Shown here one piece after another: positions 1 to 10,582 of a stretch of DNA of 64,000 bases. Position numbers and translations under genes: made by a program. The stretch spans positions 620,001-684,000 of the forward strand of contig LSRY02000010.1 of assembly GCA_001643675.2 (NCBI GenBank), read 5' to 3'. The notes beneath the pieces are model-generated. The model worked only from the letters and a program-made list of their open reading frames with translations, made no database searches and had not been told where the DNA came from. The DNA is from Monocercomonoides exilis PA203 (taxonomy: Eukaryota; Protista; Preaxostyla). The stretch's first letter is position 1. Each line of letters opens with the position of its first letter.

Positions 1-562
1 TTTCTTAAAAATTGAGTAACATGCAGGACTTGGCTCCAGAATCAGTTTCCCAGGTAAATATATATTTATTATCAAAAATTTCATATAAATAAAAATAAAA
101 AAATAAATAAGTGTTTAATTAAATTGCATATTGAAATTTTTGGAATAATAACGGGTGGAACAAAATTTGGCACAAGAAAACTTTGCCCCATATATATTCT
201 TGCTTATTGTCAAAAAAAAAATTTTTTTTTTCTACATTGAAAAATAGGTGTAGAATTGTTCAATTGTTGAATGGTCTGTGATTCAAAGTAATCAACGGTG
301 AAAAACATTTCAAATCATATAATACAAATTCAAGTCAAAATAATGCTTTTATTTCTGCTTATTATTCTCTTCTATTGAAATGACTGATATCAATAATTTT
401 GTCAGAAAAACTTATTTGCCAATAATGAAATATTGAAAGTGCAAAATTACGTATATTTCTTGAAAAATTGAAAGAAAATCGACATAATAAACTTGTCTTG
501 TTTGAAGAAGAAGAATGCAAAAAAATGTCTGACCCTTAAAATTTTTTGTTGAAAGTTTGGAA

Positions 563-2821
563 ATGGAAAAGGAAAGCGGAGAAATGAGTTGCAATCAAGA
601 CATTACCAAAAATCAATGTGAAAAAATAACTGATAACGAAAAAGGAAGCAGAATAAATTATTGCGTCAATGATTCTAGTGAATTATTGTTTTGCAAACAG
701 TCAACTTCTGGAAGGACAAATCAGTCAACATTTATTACACCTTCATTGCTGCAAATATATTCTTTAATGGATAAAAATCATGTTCCAAGTTATAGAAAAC
801 TTGCTCGAGCTCTTGGAATGAATGTTTTCCATCAACCTTACATATCGTCAACTAGCTTTTCTGAAAATACTTTAATGATGCTCAACAACATCAGAGGACA
901 TATATGTACTTCATCTTCAATCGAAGACGATCAAAGGAATTTTTTTATTTTTCTAATTAGCACAATTGAGATGGAATACATAACAAGATTTTCATTATTT
1001 GCTTTTCTTTTTATGATGGCACTTAACCTTCCACATGTTTGCCACACATTATTCTCCATAATGTGTTGTGCTTTTGTTCTGTTATTTGCGATCTTCATTT
1101 ATTTAATATTCAAAAAATTACTTATACTAAACCGAGTGTTAGCTACAAAAAAATATTTGGATCGAAATGTTTTAAACTGGAAGAACACCCCATATTACTC
1201 CGAATATCACCGTGGAATAAATTTTAAATATACTTTGCTTCTTTCGCTATTTTCATGGGTTTTGCCTTCGTTCGAGAATGAGACAGACGAAGAAGGTTAT
1301 CCTTCTATTTTTGAAAAGATGAAAGGATATTCATTGACAAACTGCGAAGAAATACATCTTGATGATGCAGGCGAGAGATGTTGCAATTGCTACGAAATGA
1401 GAGGGAAAAGTGAAACAAGCGAAAGCCATTATAGAATGAATCTAATGAAAAACCGTGAAAATGACACAAAGGAGAAAGAATCAGCATCAGTTGCAAAGGA
1501 AGAAAGATTGCTATTGCTTTGCGAGCCTAACGCTCTTGCAAACGAAGCAGCCAATAGCCAAGAGGAAAATGCCAAATGCCAAAGGGGTCCCAATCAAAAT
1601 TCAAAAATTCATGGAGAAATAATCGACGAGATAGATGGCGATAAAGATATCACTTGTAACATAATTACATCGGATACAAAGAAAATACCTGATGCTGTTC
1701 CTGCGTCTGGAGTCAGCAACAAAGTTACTATGGAGTGCTTGACTTCTGCAGAAGAAGCAGGCCTGCAAATAGAACATAAATATGCTGAAGGCTGCATAAA
1801 TGCTGAAAATTCAGAGAAAACACCTGATGATGAAACAAAACCTTCAAAAATTGCAGGCAAAAACAATTCTTCGCTGATGACAGAAGAAGAAGAAGAAGGC
1901 GAAAAAGAATTATCTGAAAGAAGCTCAAAGGACAGAAAAGAATCTGAAAACTGTTCTTCAGAATGCCAAAATCTAACTAATTCTGGGCGTAGTGAGTCTG
2001 TTGAACGACACAATGAAGATATTTCACAAGAGCGACGCAGCTGCGATGCGTCAACAGAACGTGCTCAATCAAGCAAAAAACTTAAGCATCATCCACACAG
2101 CAAGCATCAGCCATCGTCCTCCCATCGCCACAGAAGCCTTCAAAGAAAGGGCAGTCGCTTCCACAAAAAGAATGACAGGGCAGCAGATTCAGATTCTGCA
2201 AGCTCGTTTGTTGCTTCGTCCAAGAATTCCGCACACGAGCGCAATGACAGAGAAGATTTCTCTGTTGACTCACTTGAAGTTTCAGAGGCAAGTGAGATGA
2301 CTGCTTCGGTCGATCGCTCTGTTTATTCAAGATCATCCCGCTCCCTTTCACATTCTTCTGTTTCACCTGCTTCTGTTTCTGCATCTCAGTCCCGCTCGCC
2401 TTCACGCTCTCCTTCTTCTTCGTTTACAGAACATGAGCGATTCAATTCAGAGGACGAAAGATTTGATGAATGTAATGAAAGAAAAAGAAGAAGCGGAGTA
2501 AAAAGGCAGCAAAGCGGATATTCAAAAGGAGAAAACAAAGACAATTATTTGTCGAGTACTCGCCATTCGCGCCCGAGATATGGCGACAGAACAAAAAGGG
2601 AAAGTGTGAGAGGAGAGAAACAGGGAAGGAAAAATGGCGAAAGGAGATATTCATCCTGCGATTCAGATTCGGAGTCACGAACAAGAAGCAGACGTTCGGA
2701 TGATGAATATAGATCAAGCAGAAAAGAGTTTGACAGGGATGAAATGAGCGACGAATCAATTGTGAGCCAAAGTCCAGAGGAACAGAGCATCTGTGAAAGG
2801 AGGAGGAAATCAAGAAAGTAA
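563..2821 (+). CDS. Hypothetical protein (~750 aa) with 2-3 predicted transmembrane helices and a long Ser/Arg/acidic low-complexity C-terminus
   Basis: Uninterrupted 2.26-kb ORF in AT-rich DNA; first ATG at 563; hydrophobic stretches FSLFAFLFMMALNL and LFSIMCCAFVLLFAIFIYLIF; no family recognised. Confidence 0.7.
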   Translation: MEKESGEMSCNQDITKNQCEKITDNEKGSRINYCVNDSSELLFCKQSTSGRTNQSTFITPSLLQIYSLMDKNHVPSYRKLARALGMNVFHQPYISSTSFSENTLMMLNNIRGHICTSSSIEDDQRNFFIFLISTIEMEYITRFSLFAFLFMMALNLPHVCHTLFSIMCCAFVLLFAIFIYLIFKKLLILNRVLATKKYLDRNVLNWKNTPYYSEYHRGINFKYTLLLSLFSWVLPSFENETDEEGYPSIFEKMKGYSLTNCEEIHLDDAGERCCNCYEMRGKSETSESHYRMNLMKNRENDTKEKESASVAKEERLLLLCEPNALANEAANSQEENAKCQRGPNQNSKIHGEIIDEIDGDKDITCNIITSDTKKIPDAVPASGVSNKVTMECLTSAEEAGLQIEHKYAEGCINAENSEKTPDDETKPSKIAGKNNSSLMTEEEEEGEKELSERSSKDRKESENCSSECQNLTNSGRSESVERHNEDISQERRSCDASTERAQSSKKLKHHPHSKHQPSSSHRHRSLQRKGSRFHKKNDRAADSDSASSFVASSKNSAHERNDREDFSVDSLEVSEASEMTASVDRSVYSRSSRSLSHSSVSPASVSASQSRSPSRSPSSSFTEHERFNSEDERFDECNERKRRSGVKRQQSGYSKGENKDNYLSSTRHSRPRYGDRTKRESVRGEKQGRKNGERRYSSCDSDSESRTRSRRSDDEYRSSRKEFDRDEMSDESIVSQSPEEQSICERRRKSRK

Positions 2822-4135
2822 TCTAAATTGTAACATTACCTGAAAATAAACTGTATTATAAATGCGTTTCTTTGAATAGGTTATTTGTTTTTGTTTAATC
2901 AAATTTTTTATTTAATTATGACATTTCGTTTTTAATTGAAATGCACATCATTTTGAGTATATATTTTGCAGTTGTTTCAAAACAATAATCAGACACAGAC
3001 TTAAGGGCTTTTCATTTAAAAAGATGAAAAAAGCATAAGACGATTATCTTTTGAAGATATTCATAGAAGAACTGTAAGAAATTGCTATTTTCATTTTGGT
3101 GTTGTCTCATTTCTTTTAATCAAACTTCCCTATCTTAACACAGCTCCTGATGATTTCTTCATTTAAGTATTTTTTAATGAAGAAGAAGCACAAGATTTCA
3201 ATTCAAAACAAAGAATAGTCACTTTCCATCTACGATAAAATGCAAAATATTAACTTCAGTTTTCCAAGATATCTTTTCACTCTTATTATTGCGACAATTT
3301 CTATTTTTGAATCATAAGAGTATTGGCAAATGATATTTCTCTTAATCTCATTCATCAACATGAAGATTTATTTACAAATTTGATTACATATTCTGATTGA
3401 AAATAAACAAAACATGCTTCAATTACAGACAAATATTTTACTACTCCATTATCAGTAATTATTCAAATGACAAAAATACAACGAAGAATAAGAACAAAAA
3501 CAGGAACTTATACAACAGCATCAATGAATGGAAGATTATGATGAAGTATAAGATGAATACAGGTCAATTGAAAAAAAAAACGATATTTTAAAGTGTACTT
3601 ATATAAAAACAGAAATCATGATTCAAACAAGCAATAAACTTTTAATCTGCCACCAAATAAAAATTGCACATTCCAGTGAAATAGCAGAATGCACAAAATG
3701 ATTCAAATAAAAACATCCTACAAAGACTCATAAAACAAATGACGCAAAGATCATTTTTAAAAATACTGCTTTCAAAAAGTGAAGAAATTCAAGAAGATGT
3801 TGCGGAGCGCCCAGGTACGAAAAGTTCAAATCAAACAAGCTCAAACAAAAATAAAGATGAAAACTATTTTTTTCGAAGCATTTCAATACAACAAAACGCA
3901 GTAACGAAGAAAGAGCTTCAAATTCATAAGCACCAAAGCTTAATTGCTCTTCTCATTTCTTTCTTCTTCATCTGGCTCCGCTCTCTCAAACTCAGATGGC
4001 TTCAGTAAAATTATATAAAAATTAAAAAATAAAAGGAAACAGCAAAACAAAAAACATTTGGAAATAAAAATAAATAAATAAATTAAATTCAATCTCATTT
4101 ACATGAAGTGAAAATTATGCAATGACATCATGTTT

Positions 4136-4935
4136 CTACTTCTGATCTGTATGATCTTCGAGTTGTTGCTCCTTCTTTTTCTTTTCCCACTCACTTCGCT
4201 CCATCGCTCTTTCCTTTCTTCTCGTCTCTCTCTTCTCCTTCAGCTCTCTTTCCCACTCAGTCTGCACCATCTCCTCGTTGTAATCGAACCCTTCGAACTC
4301 TCTCTCCACTTCTTCTGCCTCTGTTTCCGAGTCAAACTCAGGCCCAGGTGAATCAACCGGCGGCTCCGACAAGAAAGCCGTGTCAATATTTGACATGTCC
4401 ATCACACCAAGTTTGAGACTCGGTTTGAACGGCGGCGCAATCAGCAGCTTTTTCAGCTTGTTCCAATCAATCCCCGCAAACACCGGGTGTGAAAGCACTT
4501 CCAGGCCACGCTGCGGGCCAGAGCCCAAACGTGTGAGTGGGTTGCGAGAAAGAAGGGCAGTGATGAAGTCTTGCACGACTGAAGGAATGGACGAAGGGAA
4601 TGTGAGAGATGACTGAAAATATGTTAGAGAATGAGGATGATCGGAAAACAAGGAAAATGAAGTGGTTATCATTAAACATGCATATACAACATAACAATAA
4701 CAAAAACAATAATATTAACAATTGTATATCAATCAATAAAAATAAATAAATAAAATGTCACACATTTAAAGTGTTCCAATAGAGCTGGTTTCTGTTCGAT
4801 GAGTAAAAAGGCGGATGACCAAAAAGCATCTCAAAGAACAGAACACCCAACGCCCACCAGTCAACTGCTGTGCCATACGGAAGACCTTGAATGACTTCGG
4901 GTGCTAAGCAAATTCAAATTTGGTTTAGAAAATAA

Positions 4936-4972
<37 letters not shown>

Positions 4973-7423
4973 GAAGCGGAAGAGGTGGAAGAAGAAAAAG
5001 AATGAGATAACTCCACAAAATCACAAATAGCACAAACCAAGATATTCAGGAGTGCCGCAGAAAGTCGAAGTGAGGGTGGGGATAAGATCAGTGTCTGTGC
5101 AATTCTCCTTCTCTTCAATAGACCGCATCCCTTTCATTATCCCAGGCCCCGAATACGTCTGCATCTTCTTTTCCTTTGCCGCAGCGTTCGCTTTGTCTTT
5201 GTCCTTAATTTTTTCCTTTTCTCTTTTCGACTCCTTCTCTCCGCCAGAACTGCCTCCTCCTACACCTGATATGCCCATCTTAGCCAAACCGAAGTCAGTC
5301 AGCATGATGTGTCCGTTTTCTTGTATCAGTACATTCTCAGGCTTAAGATCTCTATACACTATTTTCTGTGAGTGAAGATGATGAAGTGTAAGAGCAAGCT
5401 CAGCAACGTAAAACAGCGAAAGAGAAAGCGGGAAAGTGCCAGCTCTGTTCGTTGGGTTTAAAAAGGAATACAAAAGAAGTTTCGAGTGGGATAACCATTC
5501 AAGCAAGTATTGTTCAATACGAAAAAATCATAATTAAAATATATTTCCCATTCAAAGTCTAAAAAAAATCAGTGTCCAAACCTTCTCAGATGGAAAAACA
5601 GCTCGCCTCCGTTTGCCCAGTCCATCACGACATACAACTTGCGTGGTGTTTGGAAGGCGAAATGAAGCTTAGGAATGAAAGGAAGAGAAGAAAACTTGGT
5701 CAGCTTGGGGAATATAATATCTGTCCTTAACAGATCTTCATCCAATGCATTTGGAGTGTGTTCTTTGTGTGTCTGGTGAGATGAATTCGACACGTCTGAC
5801 TGCGATTTGCCTGCTGCCTCTTTGTTTTCTTCTTTCTCCTCAGCATTTTCTGAATTGCTTGCTTTTTCGTTCTCGCCCGCTTTTTCACTGTGATTTTTGC
5901 CTGAATCCTCTCCGTCTTTTGCATCACATTGATTCGAAGTGCCATCTTCTTTTCTCTCTTCTTTGTCTCCTTTTTGCGAATCACATTCAGTTCGCTTGGA
6001 ATTCTCTTCAGCGCTTCCAACATCCAATTCGCCTTCCTCATCTTCCTCGCTTTCATTACGAGGCGATGAAAACAATGCCAATATCGTCCTTTCAGTGAGT
6101 GTATGCTGCTCCTGTTTCCTTTCTTTCATCTTCTTTTTCTGAAGTGTCTTCATTGCAAATATCTGGCCGGTATGTTTGTATCTGACTTGAAACACCTATA
6201 AAGTGATAGAATTTTTTGAATATCAAATGAAAAAATATTTAAAGCAACAAGGTTTTGAATTCCAAAAAGAAAAGAAAGAAATGAATTTAGAAAATTTAGT
6301 TAACAATCACACTTTCCCAAAAGACCCCATTCCCACAACAGCAAGAATGTCAAAATTCGCCAAGGAAACAGTGTTCGCTGAAGGTGTTATCGAAAATCCC
6401 AGCGGGACATCTGGCCGAGGAGGTGGAAGAGAAGGAGGCATAACTTGCTGAGGAGATGTCGATGACGAAGCAACTGCTGAAGATGAACCTTCTGCACTGC
6501 CATCTGATGATGAAGCGTCATTTGGAGGAATTAGCATATAAGAAGACATAACAGATAGCGGGACCAGTCCTCCAGTTTTGCCGCTCCCAGGAGCCTTTCC
6601 TCCAAATGGAAACGGCCTTGTCTGCGATAACAAGATTTAATTCATATTTAAAAATCACAAAAATTTATAAGATTGCAAAGAAAACGTAAATAATAGAAGA
6701 CAAACATTTGGCATGGTTGGAGTTGGGCCAGTTCCAGAACTAAGTCCAAATTGCTGCATGTTATTCAAAGGCAACGAAAGAGGAGGGGGAGGAACAACAC
6801 CAGCTGACTTTGCAGAACCTGCACTTAAAGCAATTTGATGTGTTTGCTGAGAAGAAGGAATATTTATTTGATGACTTCCATTGCTTGAATCTTGAATCAA
6901 GCGATTCTCTGTTTCATCAAATGCATTATATTCAAATACATTATCATCGTCATCATCAAACCCTTGTCCTGGCTTTAATCACAGTTACAAATTTTTATGA
7001 AAATTGTCGAGTGCATATAATCAATAAATTTTTAAAAATCCGTACAAAACATACAGCTTTTTCGGAAATCATCTTTGACATTTCTTCGCTTCCAATATCA
7101 AACTTGTTTATTGTTTCAAAAATCTTTTCGAGCTGATTTTCATCCTGCGAATCAAAATGAACACGCTGTATCGTTGTAAGTGTGAAAGAGAGCTTTCCCG
7201 GTGCATCACGATGAAATCCAAGAATTTCGTCTTTTCCAATAAACCATTTGACGTTCGTACCATCCATATTTCGAACTCCATCAGCTGCAAAACACAAATT
7301 CCTTTTTTGTCTTTTCCCGTATCTATTTGTCTTTACAACATCAAAAGTTACACAAGGTTGATCTCCTATTGGTTTCTTTGGATGCTTTCCTCGCGAAAAA
7401 AGCCCCGAAAAAGGGGTTGACAT
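4136..7423 (-). CDS. AGC-family Ser/Thr kinase (S6K/SGK/PKB-like) with N-terminal PH-like domain; 7 exons (~7423-7055, ~6972-6706, 6621-6313, 6195-5582, 5444-5038, 4903-4764, 4612-4136)
   Basis: Spliced motifs [52 protein letters not shown]; AGC tail PPFKP...PVDSP...FEGFDY. All inferred GT-AG junctions keep frame. The exon 2 acceptor (AAG) is the least certain. Confidence 0.9.
4935..4969. repeat. (AAT)n microsatellite inside kinase intron 4904-5037
   Basis: About 11 tandem AAT units. Confidence 0.9.
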
Positions 7424-7521
7424 TTGATCTAACACATTATTATGCTTATTGTTGAAGTGAGTTTTTCAAAAATACTATTTAGAAAAGCATCCAAAAATAA
7501 CATAAAAGAAAACACTATTTT

Positions 7522-8043
7522 TCAACACACAACTTGATAAAATAATGAGTTCTCATCCTGCAATTTCATTTCTATATTCGTGTGAAATGAATCACAGTCA
7601 AATTTTGCATTCTTACAATCATCATACATCTGAGGATAATATATTAATTTTTGTTCAAAATGAAAAGATGAATTTTTGTCGTTTGATTCGTTGCGTTTGG
7701 ATCGTTTTTGTTTTAAACAATCATAAATTCCAACAAGAATTCCAATTAGGCAAGTTATGCCAACGACTCCAAATAAAATTGATAGAAACACAATCAAAAT
7801 GTCTTGACTCGAAGCCATTGTTTGACTCCAGTATATATTTTTTAGCTTGCATTTTTCTCCTGATAATGATTGTGCCTTAAAGAAATTTCCTTTCATGCAT
7901 TTCGTTAAATTCTTATCTTTGCTTTCGATGTCTGTTGAACATAAAACGCAATCTTTTGAGTGAAGGCAAGTATTTTGACTTTTAATGAAATCACAGGTGT
8001 GCATCACATGTCTTTGAAACAGCAACAAAAATAAAAAAATCAT
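7522..8043 (-). CDS. Small type-I membrane protein: signal peptide, Cys-rich (possibly PSI/PTTG1IP-like) ectodomain, one TM helix
   Basis: MIFLFLLLF signal-like start; C-x7-C-x5-C-x2-C pattern; TM ILIVFLSILFGVVGITCLIGILVGIY followed by basic KQKRSKR. The PSI similarity is from memory only. Confidence 0.6.
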   Translation of the reverse strand: MIFLFLLLFQRHVMHTCDFIKSQNTCLHSKDCVLCSTDIESKDKNLTKCMKGNFFKAQSLSGEKCKLKNIYWSQTMASSQDILIVFLSILFGVVGITCLIGILVGIYDCLKQKRSKRNESNDKNSSFHFEQKLIYYPQMYDDCKNAKFDCDSFHTNIEMKLQDENSLFYQVVC

Positions 8044-8334
8044 GTCAACGTTGGGAGAATTTATCTATGTGAAATAATCTTTCATTTGCTTTTGCGAAGC
8101 AATTTGAAAAAAGATACTCGCAATTTTCCATTAAAAAAGGCATGGGATATGATCGTATTTTTTCACAAAAAATAGCAATCAAGAAATTATGTGAAATATA
8201 TTTAATTGATAATACAATAAACTTACAATTCAAATTCGAAACTTTTTTAAAATTACGGTCTACTGTAAAATTATCCCGTTAACTTTAAAATATTCACACA
8301 AATAAAAGAATAAAAACGAAGAAATATTTTTGTT

Positions 8335-8950
8335 TTATCCTGGACCAACTTTCGGTATGTCGAAATGTTCTGGTAACTTTTCAAGTCCTGCATTAAATTG
8401 CTAAATTTTGTAAAATCAAGAAATAATTCATAAAAAAAAGGAGCAAGAACAAACTGCAATTAACTCTCGATGCGATTTTAGTGCTTTCTTTGCAATTCTA
8501 TCTTCTTCCTAAAAAGAAATAGAGTTTGACAATAAAATAAACTTTTTAACTAAAAAGGAGAAGTACCTTTTTTTTCATCTCCGCATCATATTTAAGTTGT
8601 GCTTCAGTTTTTAATGAATCAACTCTTTCTGATCCAAACAATTCTTTAAATCTGGGGTCATTCTCGATATTTGAATCGCTATCGAGAAGCTGTTGCTTTA
8701 ATTTCATTTTATCCTCATCGCTTATTTCCCATTCGCTAGGGTCAGCAAGGGCATCAAGTGATTTTATTTTTCTTTTCTTATGGTGACGCGAAAAAGAAGG
8801 TTTTTCCCCTTTCAATAAAATTGGAGCAAGTATAACATCGTCATAATCTGAAGAAGGCTCTATCGATTCTTTCTTTACGTTTGATGAATCTTGTTCTTGC
8901 GCATCATCAGAATTTTCATTCGTCTTTATTTTGTCAGCATTTGTTGACAT
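8335..8950 (-). CDS. FAM32A: FAM32A / DUF1754 family protein; 3 exons (8950-8567, 8508-8455, 8400-8335)
   Basis: Spliced C-terminus KTEAQLKYDAEMKKK-EEDRIAKKALKSHRELIA-QFNAGLEKLPEHFDIPKVGPG* matches the family ending EH(Y/F)DIPKVGPG. Introns of 58 and 54 nt. Exons 2-3 are not shown in this frame in the ORF track. Confidence 0.85.
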
Positions 8951-9170
8951 AATTATTTATTTTATGGGCATTTTTTTTTATAAATTTGTTCAAAAAAACT
9001 GTTTTCTCCTTATTTTTTTTTCTTTTTAATTTATTCATAAATTTTTTTTGAAGTGTGATAAATCCATTTAATTGTATTTTAGAAGATTGAAAAATCTCTT
9101 TTCAATTATTTTCTGTTTTTTGACAATTATTTTTTATTGATAAAACACATTGTATGATAAAATTTGACTA

Positions 9171-10151
9171 GGGTCAGATTTTTATTAGTACCCCGTTTTT
9201 TATTAGATCCTAAATTTTTTTTTCTTATATTGCTTCATACAGTAGCTTGTATTCAATGAGAATAATTTTAAAACAAATAATATATTATAATAAGGTTGTA
9301 TGCTTAATATTTTTGAAAATTTATTCTTTAAAAAAAAGATCTGAATTTTTTAAGTTTTATTTTTTGATCAATGTTTTGCTCGTGTTTCCACGAGTTTTTG
9401 AAACTGAGTGTTTTCCTTGTTGGCATTGTGTTTAAACTTTCCTTTTTAACATTTTTGGTTATTTTATAACTTGAGAAACTCTTTTTTTTCAATTGTTTTC
9501 ACACCTCACCTTTTTTTCGTAAAACTTAAATTATTAACGAATAAGTTGTTATTTATTAAAATTATCATGCGTGTTGAATAAATAAATTAGTGTTTCAAAT
9601 AATAAAAGTGATGAAAATTCTCATTAAAAAGTATTAATGTCAGAATTGGAAAAAGTTAATATTTTGTTTTTCTTATTTTTCTTTTTATACACATGAAATA
9701 CACAAAGAAAGCTTAAGTATATGATAATACATAAAATAATACATCATTGAAAAAAAAGCAATATTGTTAATAATAATTTCCTATGTTGATATTTTCGTTT
9801 TACAAAAAAAAGGTGAGGTGTGAAAACAATTGAAAAAAAAGAGTTTCTCAAGTTATAAAATAACCAAAAATGTTAAAAAGGAAAGTTTAAACACAATGCC
9901 AACAAGGAAAACACTCAGTTTCAAAAACTCGTGGAAACACGAGCAAAACATTGATCAAAAAATAAAACTTAAAAAATTCAGATCTTTTTTTTAAAGAATA
10001 AATTTTCAAAAATATTAAGCATACAACCTTATTATAATATATTATTTGTTTTAAAATTATTCTCATTGAATACAAGCTACTGTATGAAGCAATATAAGAA
10101 AAAAAAATTTAGGATCTAATAAAAAACGGGGTACTAATAAAAATCTGACCC
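9171..10151. mobile_element. 981-bp non-autonomous fold-back/MITE element with ~355-bp TIRs, flanked by TA
   Basis: 9171-9525 is the near-perfect reverse complement of 9797-10151 (identical 62-aa spurious ORFs on opposite strands); TA|GGGTCAGATT...AATCTGACCC|TA; 271-bp AT-rich spacer; no transposase. Confidence 0.9.
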
Positions 10152-10582
10152 TATAATTATTTCTCGTTAGAAAACAAAAAATATTTATTAATTTGTTTCT
10201 GCATTGCTCGAAATTCTTAAAGGTTTGGTATTTTGATAATTCATGCAAAAAAAGATCTTTTTGCAAAATGGAAAACATAAACGCTATAAATGTAAACCTT
10301 TGTTTCACTTGATCGTTGACGAATCATAATCATTAAAAATTCAATGATGCATTCGAGACTTTTCATTTATGTCTTTTTGATGATAATAGATGATTTTCCA
10401 ATAAAAGTTGATGAACAAAAACAAATTTGCTTAAACTTTCCTTCTTTGACAATTATTTCTCATTTCTCTTCCAATGTTATTTTTTTCTTTTTTTATGTTT
10501 CACAAACTTTCTTCAATGTTCGCATTCGTTTAAGAAAATTCGTCATCCAAAAGTTATCAGTCAATATATTTCGCAGATATGT

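Noticed and set aside
20-62. Minus-strand ATTTACCTGG resembling the U1 snRNA 5' end
   Set aside because: Only a short match, equally read as a plus-strand CAG|GTAAAT; it runs off the window and no U1 stem-loops can be verified.
150-196. GC-richer patch ending TTTGCCCCA-TATATA, a possible transposon right end
   Set aside because: No partner TIR within the window.
3915-4000. Coding-like patch downstream of the kinase stop, a possible extra terminal exon
   Set aside because: It would need a GTAGAA donor that does not fit the local consensus; cannot be supported without transcripts.
9247-10075. Two identical 62-aa ORFs on opposite strands
   Set aside because: A by-product of the inverted repeat; TTG start and non-coding composition.
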